DNA from: Candidatus Sericytochromatia bacterium
Lineage (GTDB): Bacteria > Cyanobacteriota > Sericytochromatia > S15B-MN24 > UBA4093
Direction of reading: 5' to 3'
Length of the DNA stretch: 64,000 bases
Assembly: GCA_036676495.1 (NCBI GenBank)
Contig: JAKFCT010000047.1
Span: 32,001-96,000 of the forward strand
The translations under genes were made by a program, and so were the position numbers. This document shows, in pieces, positions 1-10,031 of this stretch. The notes under the pieces were generated by a model. The model was not told where the DNA came from and made no database searches. It worked only from the letters and a program-made list of their open reading frames with translations. Position 1 is the first letter of the stretch. Each line of letters opens with the position of its first letter.

Positions 1-1
1 T

Positions 2-1822
2 CTCGGCCTGGCGGCGATCGCCGGGACGTCGAGCCTCCCCGCTCTCCTCGCGGGGAGGCTGAGCTGGCAGGCCGATCCCATGCTTGCCGGGATCACGGCC
101 CTCATCCTCCTCGGAGGCCTGGCCAAGAGTGCCCAGGTGCCGTTCTCCGGGTGGTTGCCGGGAGCCATGGCGGCACCGACGCCGGTCAGCGCCTTCCTGC
201 ACTCGGCGACGCTGATCGCCGCGGGAGTCTACCTCCTGGCGAGGTTCTTCCCCATGCTGCATGCCGCCCCCACGTGGAGCGGGCTGCTGGTGCCCTCCGG
301 CCTGATCGGCGGCGTGCTGGCCGGCATCATGGCCCTCCGTCAGGCCGAGATCAAGGCGCTCTTGGCCTACTCAACCATCAGCCAGTACGCCTTCATCTTC
401 ATGGCCTTCGGGCTGGGGACGGTGGTCGGCGCGCAGGCCGGTCTCTACGCCTTCTTCGTGCATGCCTTCATCAAGGCGGGGCTGTTCCTGGTCGCGGGAG
501 CGGTCACAGCCCTGAGCGGCTCGAAACGCTTCGACGCCCTGGGAGGCTTGGCCCGCTCGCACCGCGTCCTCGCCATCCTGGCGACCATCCTGGCGTTCTC
601 GCTGGGTGGAGTCCCGATCTTCGGCGGCTTCTACTACAAGGAGGAGCTGCTGCATGCGGCCTACGAGCAGCAGGCCTGGCTCTTGCTGGTCTCGCTATTG
701 GGAGGCGGCATGCTGACCTTTCTCTACATGCTGCGCTTCGTGACGGAAATCTTCTGGGGCGAGGAGCCGCAGAGCGGCGAGCCGCAGAGCGGCGGAGCAC
801 AGCACGGCGAACCCCAGCGCGGCGCACCGCCACGCACGGATCCGGGTGGGGCTCGACCGCTTCCCCTGTCGATGCTCGCTCCGGTCGCGGTTCTGGCCGC
901 CGTGGCGATGGTCACCGGGATCTTTCCGAACTGGATGAACCTCTGGGTGCTCAACCCGGCGATCGCGAGCGTCATTCAGGCGCCCGCCGATTTCTCGGTC
1001 ACGCTGGAGCCGGGAGGGGTCTTCCTCTTGAGCCTCGCGGTGCTGGCGCTGGGCGGAGGGATCTGGGCGCTGGAGAGCCGGGGATGGCTTCCCGAGCGCT
1101 GGATTGCCCGGATGCCCACGCAGTTCAACTTCGGGGGAGCCGCGGGGCTGCGGCTCTACAGCGCGCTATCCGAGCGTTTCTTGGGGCTCCAGACGGGAAA
1201 CTTGAGACAATACCTACGCTGGGAGCTGCTGGCGAGCCTGGGGCTGGTCCTCGTATGCTGGTGGGGAGTCGACTGGGGGCCGGGGCGAAGCGAGGTCTTC
1301 GATCCCGCCCTAGCCCTCATGCTGGGGCTCTGCCTCCTGGCGGCGCTCGCGACGATCTGGCTGACGCACCACGTGCTGGCGGTCATCGCGCTGACAATTT
1401 CGGGCTACGCCCTGGCGGTGGTTTTCGCCCTCCTGGAGGCGCCCGACGTGGCGCTGGCGCAGGTGCTGGTCGAGACGCTGGCCACCTTCTCGATCGTCAT
1501 GGCCCTGCGCCAGAGCCAGCAGGTCCACCCCGAAAGGACCAAGATCCTGACAGCAGGCCGGAACGACTGGGGACGCTGGGGCATCTCCCTGGGCATCGGC
1601 GGGACCTTGGCTGCGCTCACCTACCAGATCGGCCGGAGCCAGCCCCCAAACTCCGCGGGCGCGCATTACGCCGCCGCGGGGATTTCCCTCAACGGCATGA
1701 GCGACCTGGTCACGGCCATCCTGGCCGATTTCCGGGCCCTGGACACGGCGGTCGAGATCCTGGTCTTCGCCTGCGCGGCCTTCGCGGTGATGGGGCTCTT
1801 CCCCCGGAGGCGCGATGAATAA
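2..1822 (+). CDS. mrpA: Multisubunit Na+/H+ antiporter subunit A (5'-truncated by window edge)
   Basis: Frame open from base 2. NuoL/MrpA motifs KSAQVPFSGWLPGAMAAPTPVSAFLHSAT, LLAYSTISQ, APDVALAQVLVET and ILADFRALDT. First gene of an overlapping mrp operon. Confidence 0.93.
   Translation, partial: LGLAAIAGTSSLPALLAGRLSWQADPMLAGITALILLGGLAKSAQVPFSGWLPGAMAAPTPVSAFLHSATLIAAGVYLLARFFPMLHAAPTWSGLLVPSGLIGGVLAGIMALRQAEIKALLAYSTISQYAFIFMAFGLGTVVGAQAGLYAFFVHAFIKAGLFLVAGAVTALSGSKRFDALGGLARSHRVLAILATILAFSLGGVPIFGGFYYKEELLHAAYEQQAWLLLVSLLGGGMLTFLYMLRFVTEIFWGEEPQSGEPQSGGAQHGEPQRGAPPRTDPGGARPLPLSMLAPVAVLAAVAMVTGIFPNWMNLWVLNPAIASVIQAPADFSVTLEPGGVFLLSLAVLALGGGIWALESRGWLPERWIARMPTQFNFGGAAGLRLYSALSERFLGLQTGNLRQYLRWELLASLGLVLVCWWGVDWGPGRSEVFDPALALMLGLCLLAALATIWLTHHVLAVIALTISGYALAVVFALLEAPDVALAQVLVETLATFSIVMALRQSQQVHPERTKILTAGRNDWGRWGISLGIGGTLAALTYQIGRSQPPNSAGAHYAAAGISLNGMSDLVTAILADFRALDTAVEILVFACAAFAVMGLFPRRRDE
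764..823 (+). repeat. 15-bp tandem repeat (2 perfect + 2 degenerate units) inside mrpA
   Basis: gagccgcagagcggc x2, then ggagcacagcacggc and gaaccccagcgcggc. Encodes EPQSG-EPQSG-GAQHG-EPQRG. Confidence 0.8.
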
Positions 1823-2222
1823 CCTGCTCGTGCGCTTCGTGGCCTGCGTGGTCACGGCCTTCACCTGGATCATCGCCTGGCAGGAGATCCTCTACGCGGG
1901 GACGCTCCCCGGGGAAGGCTTCACGGCCTCGGTCCTCATCCTCCTGGCGGTGGTCCTCCAGTACGTCGTGCTCGGCTACGCGGAGGCGAGCCAGCGGATC
2001 CCTCCCCGGATCTTCCGAGCGGGGCTGAGCGCAGGCGTCGCCTTGCTGCTGGCGCTCCTGAGCCTGCCGCTTCTCGCCGGCAAGCCGATGTTCACGGCTT
2101 TCAAGATTCCCCTGGGCTTCGACACGCTGTCGAGCACGACCCTCTTCGACGTGGCCATCTTCCTGGTGGTCTCCGGGGGGATGCTCGCGGCCTTCACCAA
2201 CCTGCGGGAGCCACGGCCATGA
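1815..2222 (+). CDS. mrpB: Na+/H+ antiporter subunit B
   Basis: PGEGF motif (PGGGF-like), LFDVAIFLVV, hydrophobic, operon position. Confidence 0.85.
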   Translation: MNNLLVRFVACVVTAFTWIIAWQEILYAGTLPGEGFTASVLILLAVVLQYVVLGYAEASQRIPPRIFRAGLSAGVALLLALLSLPLLAGKPMFTAFKIPLGFDTLSSTTLFDVAIFLVVSGGMLAAFTNLREPRP

Positions 2223-2551
2223 GCTTGCTCTACGCCCTCTCGGTGGGCATCCTGATGACCATCGGGGTCTACCAGCTGCTGGGGCGAGACCTCGTGCGGA
2301 TCGCCTTCGGGATCTACCTGATCTTCAACGGGGCCAACCTCTTCATCATGAGCGCCGGGACGACGAACGGCCGCCGGGCTCCGTTCGCGCAGCTGGGCGG
2401 GCCCTTCGTGGACCCCCTGGTGCAGGCCATGGTGCTCACGGCCATCGTGATCGGGTTCGGCCTCGCGACCTTTCTCCTGATGCTGGCCGCCCGGCTGGGC
2501 CAGGAGCGCGGCACGCTCGACGCCGAGGAGATGCGGGAGTGGAAGCAATGA
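2219..2551 (+). CDS. mrpC: Na+/H+ antiporter subunit C
   Basis: DPLVQAMVLTAIVIGFG signature. ATGA overlap with mrpB. Confidence 0.93.
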   Translation: MSLLYALSVGILMTIGVYQLLGRDLVRIAFGIYLIFNGANLFIMSAGTTNGRRAPFAQLGGPFVDPLVQAMVLTAIVIGFGLATFLLMLAARLGQERGTLDAEEMREWKQ

Positions 2552-3969
2552 TCCTGCCGTGGCTGTTGCTGACTCCCCTCACGGGACTGCTCGCGACCCT
2601 CCTGGCGATGCGGCGGCCCCTCTGGCAAGCGACGATCGTCCTGGCCATGAGCCTGGGCAGCCTCGGGCTCGCCGTCTGGTTGTTCCTGGGGGGAGAAACG
2701 GTCACGACCGCGGTGGGCGGCTGGCCCGTGCCCTTCGGGATCCGGCTGCGGGCCGACATGCTCAGCCGCCTCATGCTCGTCCTGGCGGGCCTGCTCTTCA
2801 GCATGGCCTCCCTCTACCACCTCGGCCAGACCCTCCGGGCGGCGCCCCCGACGTGCAATCCCATCTACCCCCTCAGTTTCCCGCTGCTGCTCCTGGGCCT
2901 CACGGGGATCTTCATCACCCGGGACTTCTTCAACTTCTACGTCTTCTTCGAGCTGGTGGCCGTCTCCTCCTACCTGCTGGTCTCGCTCGGCAAGCATGCC
3001 CCCCTGGAGGCGGCCTGGAAGTACTCGGCGCAGAGCGTCCTGGGATCGATTTTCCTGCTCATCGCGATCGTGAGCCTCTACGGCGAGACGGGAGCCCTGG
3101 AGATGAGCTCGGTGGCCCAGCGGTACAGCGAGCCGGCACTCTGGGCGGCGCCATTCCTCCTGGTCGCCTTTTTGCTCAAAGGGGCGATCTTTCCGTTTCA
3201 CTTCTGGCAGCCGGACGCGCATGCCGCGGCCACGACCACCGGGAGCGTGCTGCTGGCGGGCTTGCTCATCAACGTGGGGATGTACGGCTTGCTGAGGTTC
3301 TGGCCCCTCTTGATGGGCGGGGCGCTGCTCGATCTCTTCCTGGTGCTCGGCGCCGTATCCCTCCTTTTCGGGGCCGTGGCGGCCTGGAATCAACTCGACG
3401 CCAAGCGCATGCTGGGCTTCTCGTCGATAAGCCAGCTCGGCTTCGTGCTCCTGGCCATGGGGTGGGGGACGGTCGGGGCAGTGGGAGCCGCGATCTTATA
3501 CATGATCAGCCATGCCCTGGCGAAGGCCCTGCTTTTCATGGCGACCGGCGTGCTGTCCGACGGCATTGGCAGCACGCGCTTCGCCGATCTGGCGGGCAGA
3601 GGAAATCGCCTGCCGCTGGTGGGGGCGGCCTACCTCGGCGGGGCCCTCTCGCTCGTCGGGCTGCCCCCGACCTTCGGGTTCATCGCCAAGGTCGGCCTGC
3701 TAGGGGAAGGCGTGACGGCCCAGCAATGGACCTGGGTGACCCTGGCGGGTCTCGGCAGCCTCATGACGGCCGGCTACAGCGTGAAGGCCTTCCAGACGCT
3801 CTTCTGGGAGGAGGGGAGTGAGTTGCCGGAAGCGCCGTCGCCGTGGGTGCTCGGCGCCGTCACCCTGACCTTGGCGGTCCTGCTGCTGCTTTTCTTCGGG
3901 GGAGAGCCGCTCTGGGGCTATTGCCTGCAAGCGGCATCGGAGCTGGTGCACGGGGAGCGTTCGCCATGA
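2548..3969 (+). CDS. mrpD: Na+/H+ antiporter subunit D
   Basis: GGWPVPFGI, DFFNFYVFFEL, KGAIFPFHFWQPDAH motifs. ATGA overlap. Confidence 0.93.
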   Translation: MILPWLLLTPLTGLLATLLAMRRPLWQATIVLAMSLGSLGLAVWLFLGGETVTTAVGGWPVPFGIRLRADMLSRLMLVLAGLLFSMASLYHLGQTLRAAPPTCNPIYPLSFPLLLLGLTGIFITRDFFNFYVFFELVAVSSYLLVSLGKHAPLEAAWKYSAQSVLGSIFLLIAIVSLYGETGALEMSSVAQRYSEPALWAAPFLLVAFLLKGAIFPFHFWQPDAHAAATTTGSVLLAGLLINVGMYGLLRFWPLLMGGALLDLFLVLGAVSLLFGAVAAWNQLDAKRMLGFSSISQLGFVLLAMGWGTVGAVGAAILYMISHALAKALLFMATGVLSDGIGSTRFADLAGRGNRLPLVGAAYLGGALSLVGLPPTFGFIAKVGLLGEGVTAQQWTWVTLAGLGSLMTAGYSVKAFQTLFWEEGSELPEAPSPWVLGAVTLTLAVLLLLFFGGEPLWGYCLQAASELVHGERSP

Positions 3970-4469
3970 ACATGGGAGTCCTCTTGTTCTTCTTGATCGG
4001 GGCCGGCATCTGGTTCGCGCTGATCGGGCGGATCGACCCGGCGTCCAGCGTGTACGGGACGCTCGTGGTGCTGAGCGCCTGGGGCATCCTCACGCGGCTC
4101 TCCGAGCTGAAGCTGTACCTTCCTCCGGAGCGGGCCCTCCCCTGGCTGAAGGGAGTGGGGGGATACCTCTTCGGCTACGTCAGCGTGGACATGGTGCGCT
4201 CGACGTTTCGGGTCTTCCTCAAGGTCCTCTCGCCGGAGCTGAAGATCGCGCCGGCGATCCTGGCGGTGCCGGTGCCCGGGGCGCCGCGCTCGGCCTTGAT
4301 ATTGCTGGCCTACGGGATCGCGCTGACGCCCGGCCAACAGATCGTGGCCATCGACGAAGCCGAGAGCACGCTCTACGTCCACTTCCTGGACGCCCCGGAT
4401 CCGGAGGCCGCCCGGGAAGCCGTGCAAGACCTCTACTGCCGTTACTTGAAGGAGGCGACCACATGGTGA
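3966..4469 (+). CDS. mrpE: Na+/H+ antiporter subunit E
   Basis: IALTPG and LYVH motifs. ATGA overlap with mrpD. Confidence 0.88.
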   Translation: MNMGVLLFFLIGAGIWFALIGRIDPASSVYGTLVVLSAWGILTRLSELKLYLPPERALPWLKGVGGYLFGYVSVDMVRSTFRVFLKVLSPELKIAPAILAVPVPGAPRSALILLAYGIALTPGQQIVAIDEAESTLYVHFLDAPDPEAAREAVQDLYCRYLKEATTW

Positions 4470-4735
4470 TCATGTTGCATATCGCGCTGGTGATTTTGGT
4501 CCTGCTGGCCCTGGCGTCCACGTGGCGGGTCGTCACCGGGCCGTCGCTTCCCGATCGCCTGGTGGCCGGAGACCTGACGATCGCCCTCTTGACGTTCATC
4601 CTGGCCGTGGCGGCCGTGCTGGGGGGCTCGGAGTTCTACCTGGACGCGGCGCTGGTGGCGGCGCTGCTGGCGTTCACGAGCACGATCATCCTGGCGAAGT
4701 TCATCGCCCGGGGGCACCTGATGGAGGAGCGATGA
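4463..4735 (+). CDS. mrpF: Na+/H+ antiporter subunit F
   Basis: GPSLPDRLVAGD motif, 3 TM helices. Confidence 0.9.
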   Translation: MVIMLHIALVILVLLALASTWRVVTGPSLPDRLVAGDLTIALLTFILAVAAVLGGSEFYLDAALVAALLAFTSTIILAKFIARGHLMEER

Positions 4736-5070
4736 CGGCCCTGGGCGCGCTGGGGCTGGTGGCGCTCTACGTGGGGATCGCCATCTGCGCGGCGGGGGTG
4801 CTGGGGATCTACCGGTTTCCGGATATCTACACGCGGCTGAACGCCCTGGCCAAGGTCACGACCATGGGGGCCTTGCTGGTGCACCTTTCCTCGGCGGCCC
4901 TCTTGCCCTGGGGCGAGGGCGAGAAGGGGGTGCTGACGGCGCTGGTGCTGCTGCTGACGACGCCGGTGGTGACCCAGGCGATCGCCCTCACGGCGCATAT
5001 CCTCCGGACCTGCAACGTGAACCGCGAGGATGACTTGCGCAGCTCCCACCCCGGAGAGGCGGAGAGCTGA
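4732..5070 (+). CDS. mrpG: Na+/H+ antiporter subunit G
   Basis: GIYRFPDIYTRLNA..K..T.G motif. ATGA overlap. Confidence 0.9.
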   Translation: MTALGALGLVALYVGIAICAAGVLGIYRFPDIYTRLNALAKVTTMGALLVHLSSAALLPWGEGEKGVLTALVLLLTTPVVTQAIALTAHILRTCNVNREDDLRSSHPGEAES

Positions 5071-5107
5071 CGTGCGGCGGCATCTTTTCGCGCCCGGCGG
5101 CAAATCC

Positions 5108-6076
5108 TCACGGATGTTCCTCGAGGTCTTTCAGGCGCTTTCCGGCTCCGCCCAACCAGAATTCGAACCAGCGCTGGGCCAGGCGCAGCATGAGCAGGGC
5201 GGCCCAGGCCCCCAGGATGATGAGGGCGACGTTGCTGAGCAGCATCTGCGTCGCTCCCCAGGCGATGTCCAGGTCACCCTGCGAGAGCCCCAGGCCGATG
5301 GTCGCCGCCGATGGGACGAGCGCGGCGGCGATCATGACGCCGACCAGTTGACTCGGGCGATTCGTGCAGGCGGATACCCCGCCGGCGATCCCGGCCGCTG
5401 CGGCGACCAAGTAGGCGTAGAGGCCCACCTGGCTGCGCTCTGTGATGATCTCGGCGGTGAAGAAGGAGTCGGCATTGGGAACGACCGAGAAGCGGAAGAG
5501 CAGGCCGGCCACGATCCATGCCGTGGCAATTGAGACGACGAGGGTCAGTGCGGTGGAGAGCAAGGCGCTAAGCATGAGGCGCGGGCGCCTCAGGAGGGCG
5601 GCCATGGGCACAAGCACCAGCGAGCTCAGGGCCGGGGGAATCACCATCGAGCCGATCAGGATCGGGATGCTTCCCACGACCAAGCCGCAGACCGCGATCA
5701 GACTCGCGAGGGCCACGAAGAGCATGAAGACCGGGGTCGCCTGCCCCTCGCGCTCGAGGGTCTGGAGGCTCTCCTCCCAGGCGATCGCTTCGCTCTCCCG
5801 GGCGCCCAGCGCTAGCTTGATGCGCGCGACCCGCTCCCCACGGACGGACTCCAGCCGGCTCGAGACGAGGACTCCTCGCGCCAGCGCCCCCACCTCCTCC
5901 ATCGCTTTCAAGGCCTGGTTGTAGGCAAGGTCGGGCACGATCAGGGTCAGGAGCCACTGGTCGAGCGGATACTTGCACTCGGTCACGGAGACGGCGACGA
6001 GCGCCGGAAACTCCTCAAGGCGCTGCAGCGCTCCCCGAGCCGCGTCTTCGGGAAGGTAAAGCTCGATCTTGCGCAT
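5108..6076 (-). CDS. DUF389-family membrane protein
   Basis: IGSMVIPP and GVMIAAALVPSAA..G.G motifs. Start taken at MRKIELY. Confidence 0.8.
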   Translation of the reverse strand: MRKIELYLPEDAARGALQRLEEFPALVAVSVTECKYPLDQWLLTLIVPDLAYNQALKAMEEVGALARGVLVSSRLESVRGERVARIKLALGARESEAIAWEESLQTLEREGQATPVFMLFVALASLIAVCGLVVGSIPILIGSMVIPPALSSLVLVPMAALLRRPRLMLSALLSTALTLVVSIATAWIVAGLLFRFSVVPNADSFFTAEIITERSQVGLYAYLVAAAAGIAGGVSACTNRPSQLVGVMIAAALVPSAATIGLGLSQGDLDIAWGATQMLLSNVALIILGAWAALLMLRLAQRWFEFWLGGAGKRLKDLEEHP

Positions 6077-6226
6077 GGTCCCGCCCTGAGGGTGAACCGG
6101 CTTTGACGGTCCCACTCTAACCGATCCGGCCCTACGTGCAAACAAGGTAGGAGGGCTTCTGAAGTCGCTCGGGTGGTGACAGGCCTCGCCCCCTCCCCCC
6201 ATGATGCGGTTCGGGAGGACAGGGCC

Positions 6227-7126
6227 GTGGAATGGCTGAGTCAATTTCCCTTGTCCGAGAACATCCGGATCCTAATCACGGTGGGGCTCGCGCTCCTGCT
6301 ATGGATCTGGTCCATGGGGGTCTCGCGCCTGGTCCAGCGCCACATGGCGGACGATACGCGTGGCTACACGGTTCGCAAGGTCGTCTCCTACACGGCCTTC
6401 GCGCTGTTCGTCTTCCTCGGCGCCGTCATCTGGCAGCGGCAGGTTCAAGGACTGTCCACCGTCCTGGGGCTGATCGGCGCGGGGATCGCCTTCTCGCTTC
6501 AAGAGGTGATCGCCTCGATCGCGGGATGGGCCATGATCACCTGGAATCGGACTTACCGGGTGGGCGATCGCGTCGAGATCGGGGGCATTCAAGGGGACGT
6601 CATCGATCTGGGCCTGATCCGCACCACCCTCATGGAGACGGGAGCCTGGGTCAGCGCCGACCAGCAAACGGGACGGGTCGTGACCATCTCCAACGCCACG
6701 GCCCTCCGACAGCCCGTCTTCAACTACACGGCGCACTTCCCGTACCTCTGGGACGGGCTCACCGTTCCGGTGACCTTCCGCAGCGACTGGGAGCTCGCCA
6801 TGCAGGTGATCTCTGACGAGGTCGAGCGCTTCCATGCGCGAATCCAAGGGCAAGCGGCCGAAACGCTGGCGCTGATGCGCAAGTCGTTTTACCTGCCGCG
6901 CTCCGAGGCGAAGCCGGGGGTCTACGTCCGGTTCACCGACGACTGGATCGAGATCTCCGTCCGCTACCTCGTGCCCTCGCGCGAACGGCGCATGGCCTCG
7001 AGCGAGCTGAGCCAGGCCATCCTGCGGCGCGTGCTGGCCGAACCCGGCATCACCCTCGCCTCGGAAACCATGCAGGTCAGCCTCTCGCGCCCGCCTGAGG
7101 CGCAGAAGAGGGGATCCGAGCGTTGA
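6227..7126 (+). CDS. Small-conductance mechanosensitive channel (MscS family)
   Basis: GAGIAFSLQE, YRVGDRVEIGG..GDVIDLG. GGAGG before the GTG start. Confidence 0.88.
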   Translation: MEWLSQFPLSENIRILITVGLALLLWIWSMGVSRLVQRHMADDTRGYTVRKVVSYTAFALFVFLGAVIWQRQVQGLSTVLGLIGAGIAFSLQEVIASIAGWAMITWNRTYRVGDRVEIGGIQGDVIDLGLIRTTLMETGAWVSADQQTGRVVTISNATALRQPVFNYTAHFPYLWDGLTVPVTFRSDWELAMQVISDEVERFHARIQGQAAETLALMRKSFYLPRSEAKPGVYVRFTDDWIEISVRYLVPSRERRMASSELSQAILRRVLAEPGITLASETMQVSLSRPPEAQKRGSER

Positions 7127-7177
7127 ACGCATCAGGATGGCGGCGCGCCGGCAGAGGCGCTCCAAGGAGGCAGCAAG

Positions 7178-7435
7178 ATGGCGATGGATCCCATGCAAAC
7201 CCTGGAAGAGGCCGCTCAGCAGGTGATCAAGACGCTGTTCCGGATGTGCCGGGACACGCGCCTCCACCAGCAGAACGTCTCCGATCTCGCGCGCCAGATC
7301 CCGATGGACTTCGCCACCGCCAAGCGGGTCATCGCGATGCTGGAGCGGGAAGGTTACCTCGAGACCCTGACTTTCGGCCAGAAGGTCGCCTTCACCGACG
7401 CGGGGATCGTCATCGCCCAGCGGCTGATTCGCTAG
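7178..7435 (+). CDS. Small winged-helix-like hypothetical protein
   Basis: AAGGAGG RBS. Pattern VSDLARQI...AKRVIAMLEREGYL...FTDAG resembles a wHTH. Confidence 0.65.
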   Translation: MAMDPMQTLEEAAQQVIKTLFRMCRDTRLHQQNVSDLARQIPMDFATAKRVIAMLEREGYLETLTFGQKVAFTDAGIVIAQRLIR

Positions 7436-8816
7436 AGGCCTGGCGCGGGTTCTCGGGCATGCGCCCAGGGGCCGGCGCGGCGGGGACGACGCGCTGGACT
7501 TCGTCGCGTCCGAGCAGGTGCCTGCTCACTCCCTGGCAGACCGTATCGAGGTAGGCGTCCAGGTCGAAACCGGCCTCGAGCGGCAGGGAGGTCTCGAAGC
7601 GGAAGGTGTTGCGGGTGAAGTAGGGAAAGACCTCGTCGATGGCCCGCAGGCCCTTCATCAAGCGGCCGAGGCCGCGGGCCTGGCGGCGGCGGCCCAGGAG
7701 CCAGGCGGCTGCTTGCATGAGGCGAAGCGGCAGCTCGTGATGCAGGAGTAATGCCCAGCGCAAGCGCTTTCGGTCGGGTCCCATGTAGGCCAGGTAGGGG
7801 CGGGGCTGTCCTGGGCGGCCCGCGGGCGACGACGGGAAGTGGGGATCCCAGGAGGAGCGGGCCTGCAGGATCGTGGGGCTGTTCTCGAAGCCGGCGACGG
7901 CGTGAGCGATCGCCGGTGCGTCCGTCCGGGACCACGTCGGGTCGAAGGCCACGTGGAGCAGTCGTTCGACCACCGCATCGCAGGGGATGATGTCGAGCCG
8001 CGAGTCGAGTTCCGCCTGGAAGGCATGGAGGTAGCCCGCTCCGTAGAGCGAGACGAAGGCGGCATAGGCGGCCTTGCTGTCGATCCAGCCGGCGAAGGGG
8101 CGCGCCTGGCATGCGGCGATGATGCTGGGACGGAGGATCACGAGGGGAATGCCGTTCTGTCGTTTGGCGACGAGATTTTCGGCCAGGCACTTCGTGAAGG
8201 TATAGGTGTTGGAATGGCCGGTCTCGGCAAGCAGGGCCTTCTCGTCGGCCTCGCCGGCCCGGATGGCCGCATGCAGGGCCTCGGCGTCCATGGGGAGCGC
8301 GTGCAGGGTCTCGGGGATGCACACGTCGTCTCCCGCGTGCGGGGTGACGTAGGCGGTCGAGACGTAGATCATGGCCTGGAGGTCGGGGCAACTCCCGGCG
8401 AGGTCCAGCACGGCGAGCGTGCCGTCGACGTTGATCCGGGTGGCTTCCTCCAGGGGGAGGTTGAACTGGACGGAGGCTGCGCAGTGGAGGACGTGCGTGA
8501 GGCGGCTCTTCAGGAGGTCGCGGTCCGCGTCGGAGAGGCCGAGCCCCGGCTCGCAGATATCCCCCGAGAGGACGTGGCAGTAGGCCTGCCAACCCGGCGG
8601 CAGGTCCTGGAAGCAGGGGGCATGGGCCATCTCGGCGAAGCGCGCCTCGGGGCCGACGCCCTTGCGGGAACGGATCAGGGAATAAATGGCCGCGATGCCG
8701 AGCTCCTCGCGGCGGCGCAGGAGCTCGGCCAGGACGACCTTGCCGACGAAGCCCGTTCCCCCCGTCAGCAGGACATGGCGTTCGGCGTTGGGGTGCTGAT
8801 CTTCCCTGGCTTCCAT
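7410..8816 (-). CDS. Fatty acyl-CoA reductase-like extended SDR
   Basis: TGGTGFVGK, HCAASVQF, YVSTAY, NTYTFTKCLAE, RPSII, DIIPCD motifs. Confidence 0.82.
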   Translation of the reverse strand: MEAREDQHPNAERHVLLTGGTGFVGKVVLAELLRRREELGIAAIYSLIRSRKGVGPEARFAEMAHAPCFQDLPPGWQAYCHVLSGDICEPGLGLSDADRDLLKSRLTHVLHCAASVQFNLPLEEATRINVDGTLAVLDLAGSCPDLQAMIYVSTAYVTPHAGDDVCIPETLHALPMDAEALHAAIRAGEADEKALLAETGHSNTYTFTKCLAENLVAKRQNGIPLVILRPSIIAACQARPFAGWIDSKAAYAAFVSLYGAGYLHAFQAELDSRLDIIPCDAVVERLLHVAFDPTWSRTDAPAIAHAVAGFENSPTILQARSSWDPHFPSSPAGRPGQPRPYLAYMGPDRKRLRWALLLHHELPLRLMQAAAWLLGRRRQARGLGRLMKGLRAIDEVFPYFTRNTFRFETSLPLEAGFDLDAYLDTVCQGVSRHLLGRDEVQRVVPAAPAPGRMPENPRQASSESAAGR

Positions 8817-8987
8817 TCATTCTCCTGCGGGCGTGGGTGGCATCTCTCAATGTCGTACCCACGATCCGGCCTTGCGAAGCCCCCTCCGGCCGTCGGATCG
8901 CGGCCGCGCGCGGTTCGTCGGTCGGCCAGGCGGGCCGGTCGGGTACAATGTAGCCGTTGCCAAGCGCTTCATGCAGAAAGGACGCTC

Positions 8988-9431
8988 ATGCCCAGCATCG
9001 CCCTGATCCCGCACCTGATCGTGACGAACGGCCCCGAGGCCCTCGCGTTCTACAAGAAGGCCCTGGGAGCCGTCGAGGCCTACCCCGCCAACCTCACGCC
9101 CGATGGCCAGAAAGTGGTCCACGCGGAGCTGCGGATCGGAGACGCCACCTTGTACCTTTGCGACGACTTCACCGCGGAGCAGAACCGCAACCCTCAGGCG
9201 CTCGGCGGCAGCCCGGTGACCCTGAACCTGACCGTCGACGATGCCGACGCCCTCTTCGAGCGCGCGGTCCAGGCCGGAGGGGTCGTCACCATGCCGATGC
9301 AGGACACCTTCTGGGGGGCGCGCTACGGCAAGTTCAACGACCCCTCGGGGCATGAATGGTCCATCAACCAGCAGGTCCGCACGGTGGACCCCGCGGAGCT
9401 CAAGCAGGCCTCTGACGCCTACTTCGGCTAG
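8988..9431 (+). CDS. VOC/glyoxalase (PhnB-like) protein
   Basis: ALAFYKKALGA, HAELRIGD, DTFWGARYGKFNDPSGHEW. AAAGGA RBS. Confidence 0.9.
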   Translation: MPSIALIPHLIVTNGPEALAFYKKALGAVEAYPANLTPDGQKVVHAELRIGDATLYLCDDFTAEQNRNPQALGGSPVTLNLTVDDADALFERAVQAGGVVTMPMQDTFWGARYGKFNDPSGHEWSINQQVRTVDPAELKQASDAYFG

Positions 9432-9443
9432 TCTTCCCTGTGT

Positions 9444-10031
9444 TCAAGGCGCGGCCGTGCCGTCCGTCGCGGGACGGCGCAGGCCGCGGATGAAGCTTTC
9501 CATCAGGTAGCGGAAGCTCGATTCGATGTCGACCGGCATGCCGAAGCCGCCTCCCGCCTCCAGGGCGACGAAGCCATGGACGACGCTGCGCAGGCCCCGG
9601 ATGGCATGCAGGCGCTCGCGCTCGGCCAGGCCGAACGGCACGAGCACGGCCTGGATGGTCTCCAGGATCTCGGCGCTGGCCGCTTCGAGGGCATGCTGCG
9701 TCGGGTCGGGAGCCTGGATGAGCAGCGGCATGATGCCCGGATGCTCCTTGGCGAAGGAGCGGTAGGCCTGCGCGATCGCCATGACGGCCTCGTCGCCCGA
9801 CTTGCCGACCGCAGCCCGGCTCATTTGCCGTCCCAGCTCGCGGACTCCCCAGAGGGCGATGCCCTGATGCAGGCCCTCCAGGCCCGAGATATGCTTGTAG
9901 AGAGAGGGCGAGCGCACGCCGAGCCGCTCGGCGAGACGCGCGAGGCTTAGCGCTCCGATGCCCTCCTCGTCGATCAGAGCGACGGCCTCCTGGATCAGGA
10001 GGTCTTCGCTCAGGCCCGCCTTACGAACCAT
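9444..10031 (-). CDS. TetR-family regulator (WHG-type C-terminus)
   Basis: HTH LSLARLAERLGVRSPSLYKH, C-terminal VHGFVALE. Confidence 0.9.
   Translation of the reverse strand: MVRKAGLSEDLLIQEAVALIDEEGIGALSLARLAERLGVRSPSLYKHISGLEGLHQGIALWGVRELGRQMSRAAVGKSGDEAVMAIAQAYRSFAKEHPGIMPLLIQAPDPTQHALEAASAEILETIQAVLVPFGLAERERLHAIRGLRSVVHGFVALEAGGGFGMPVDIESSFRYLMESFIRGLRRPATDGTAAP

Noticed and set aside
7120-7135. gcgttgaacgc as a further ychF-tail copy
   Set aside because: Only about 7 nt match, explained by the mscS stop codon, and no downstream motif.
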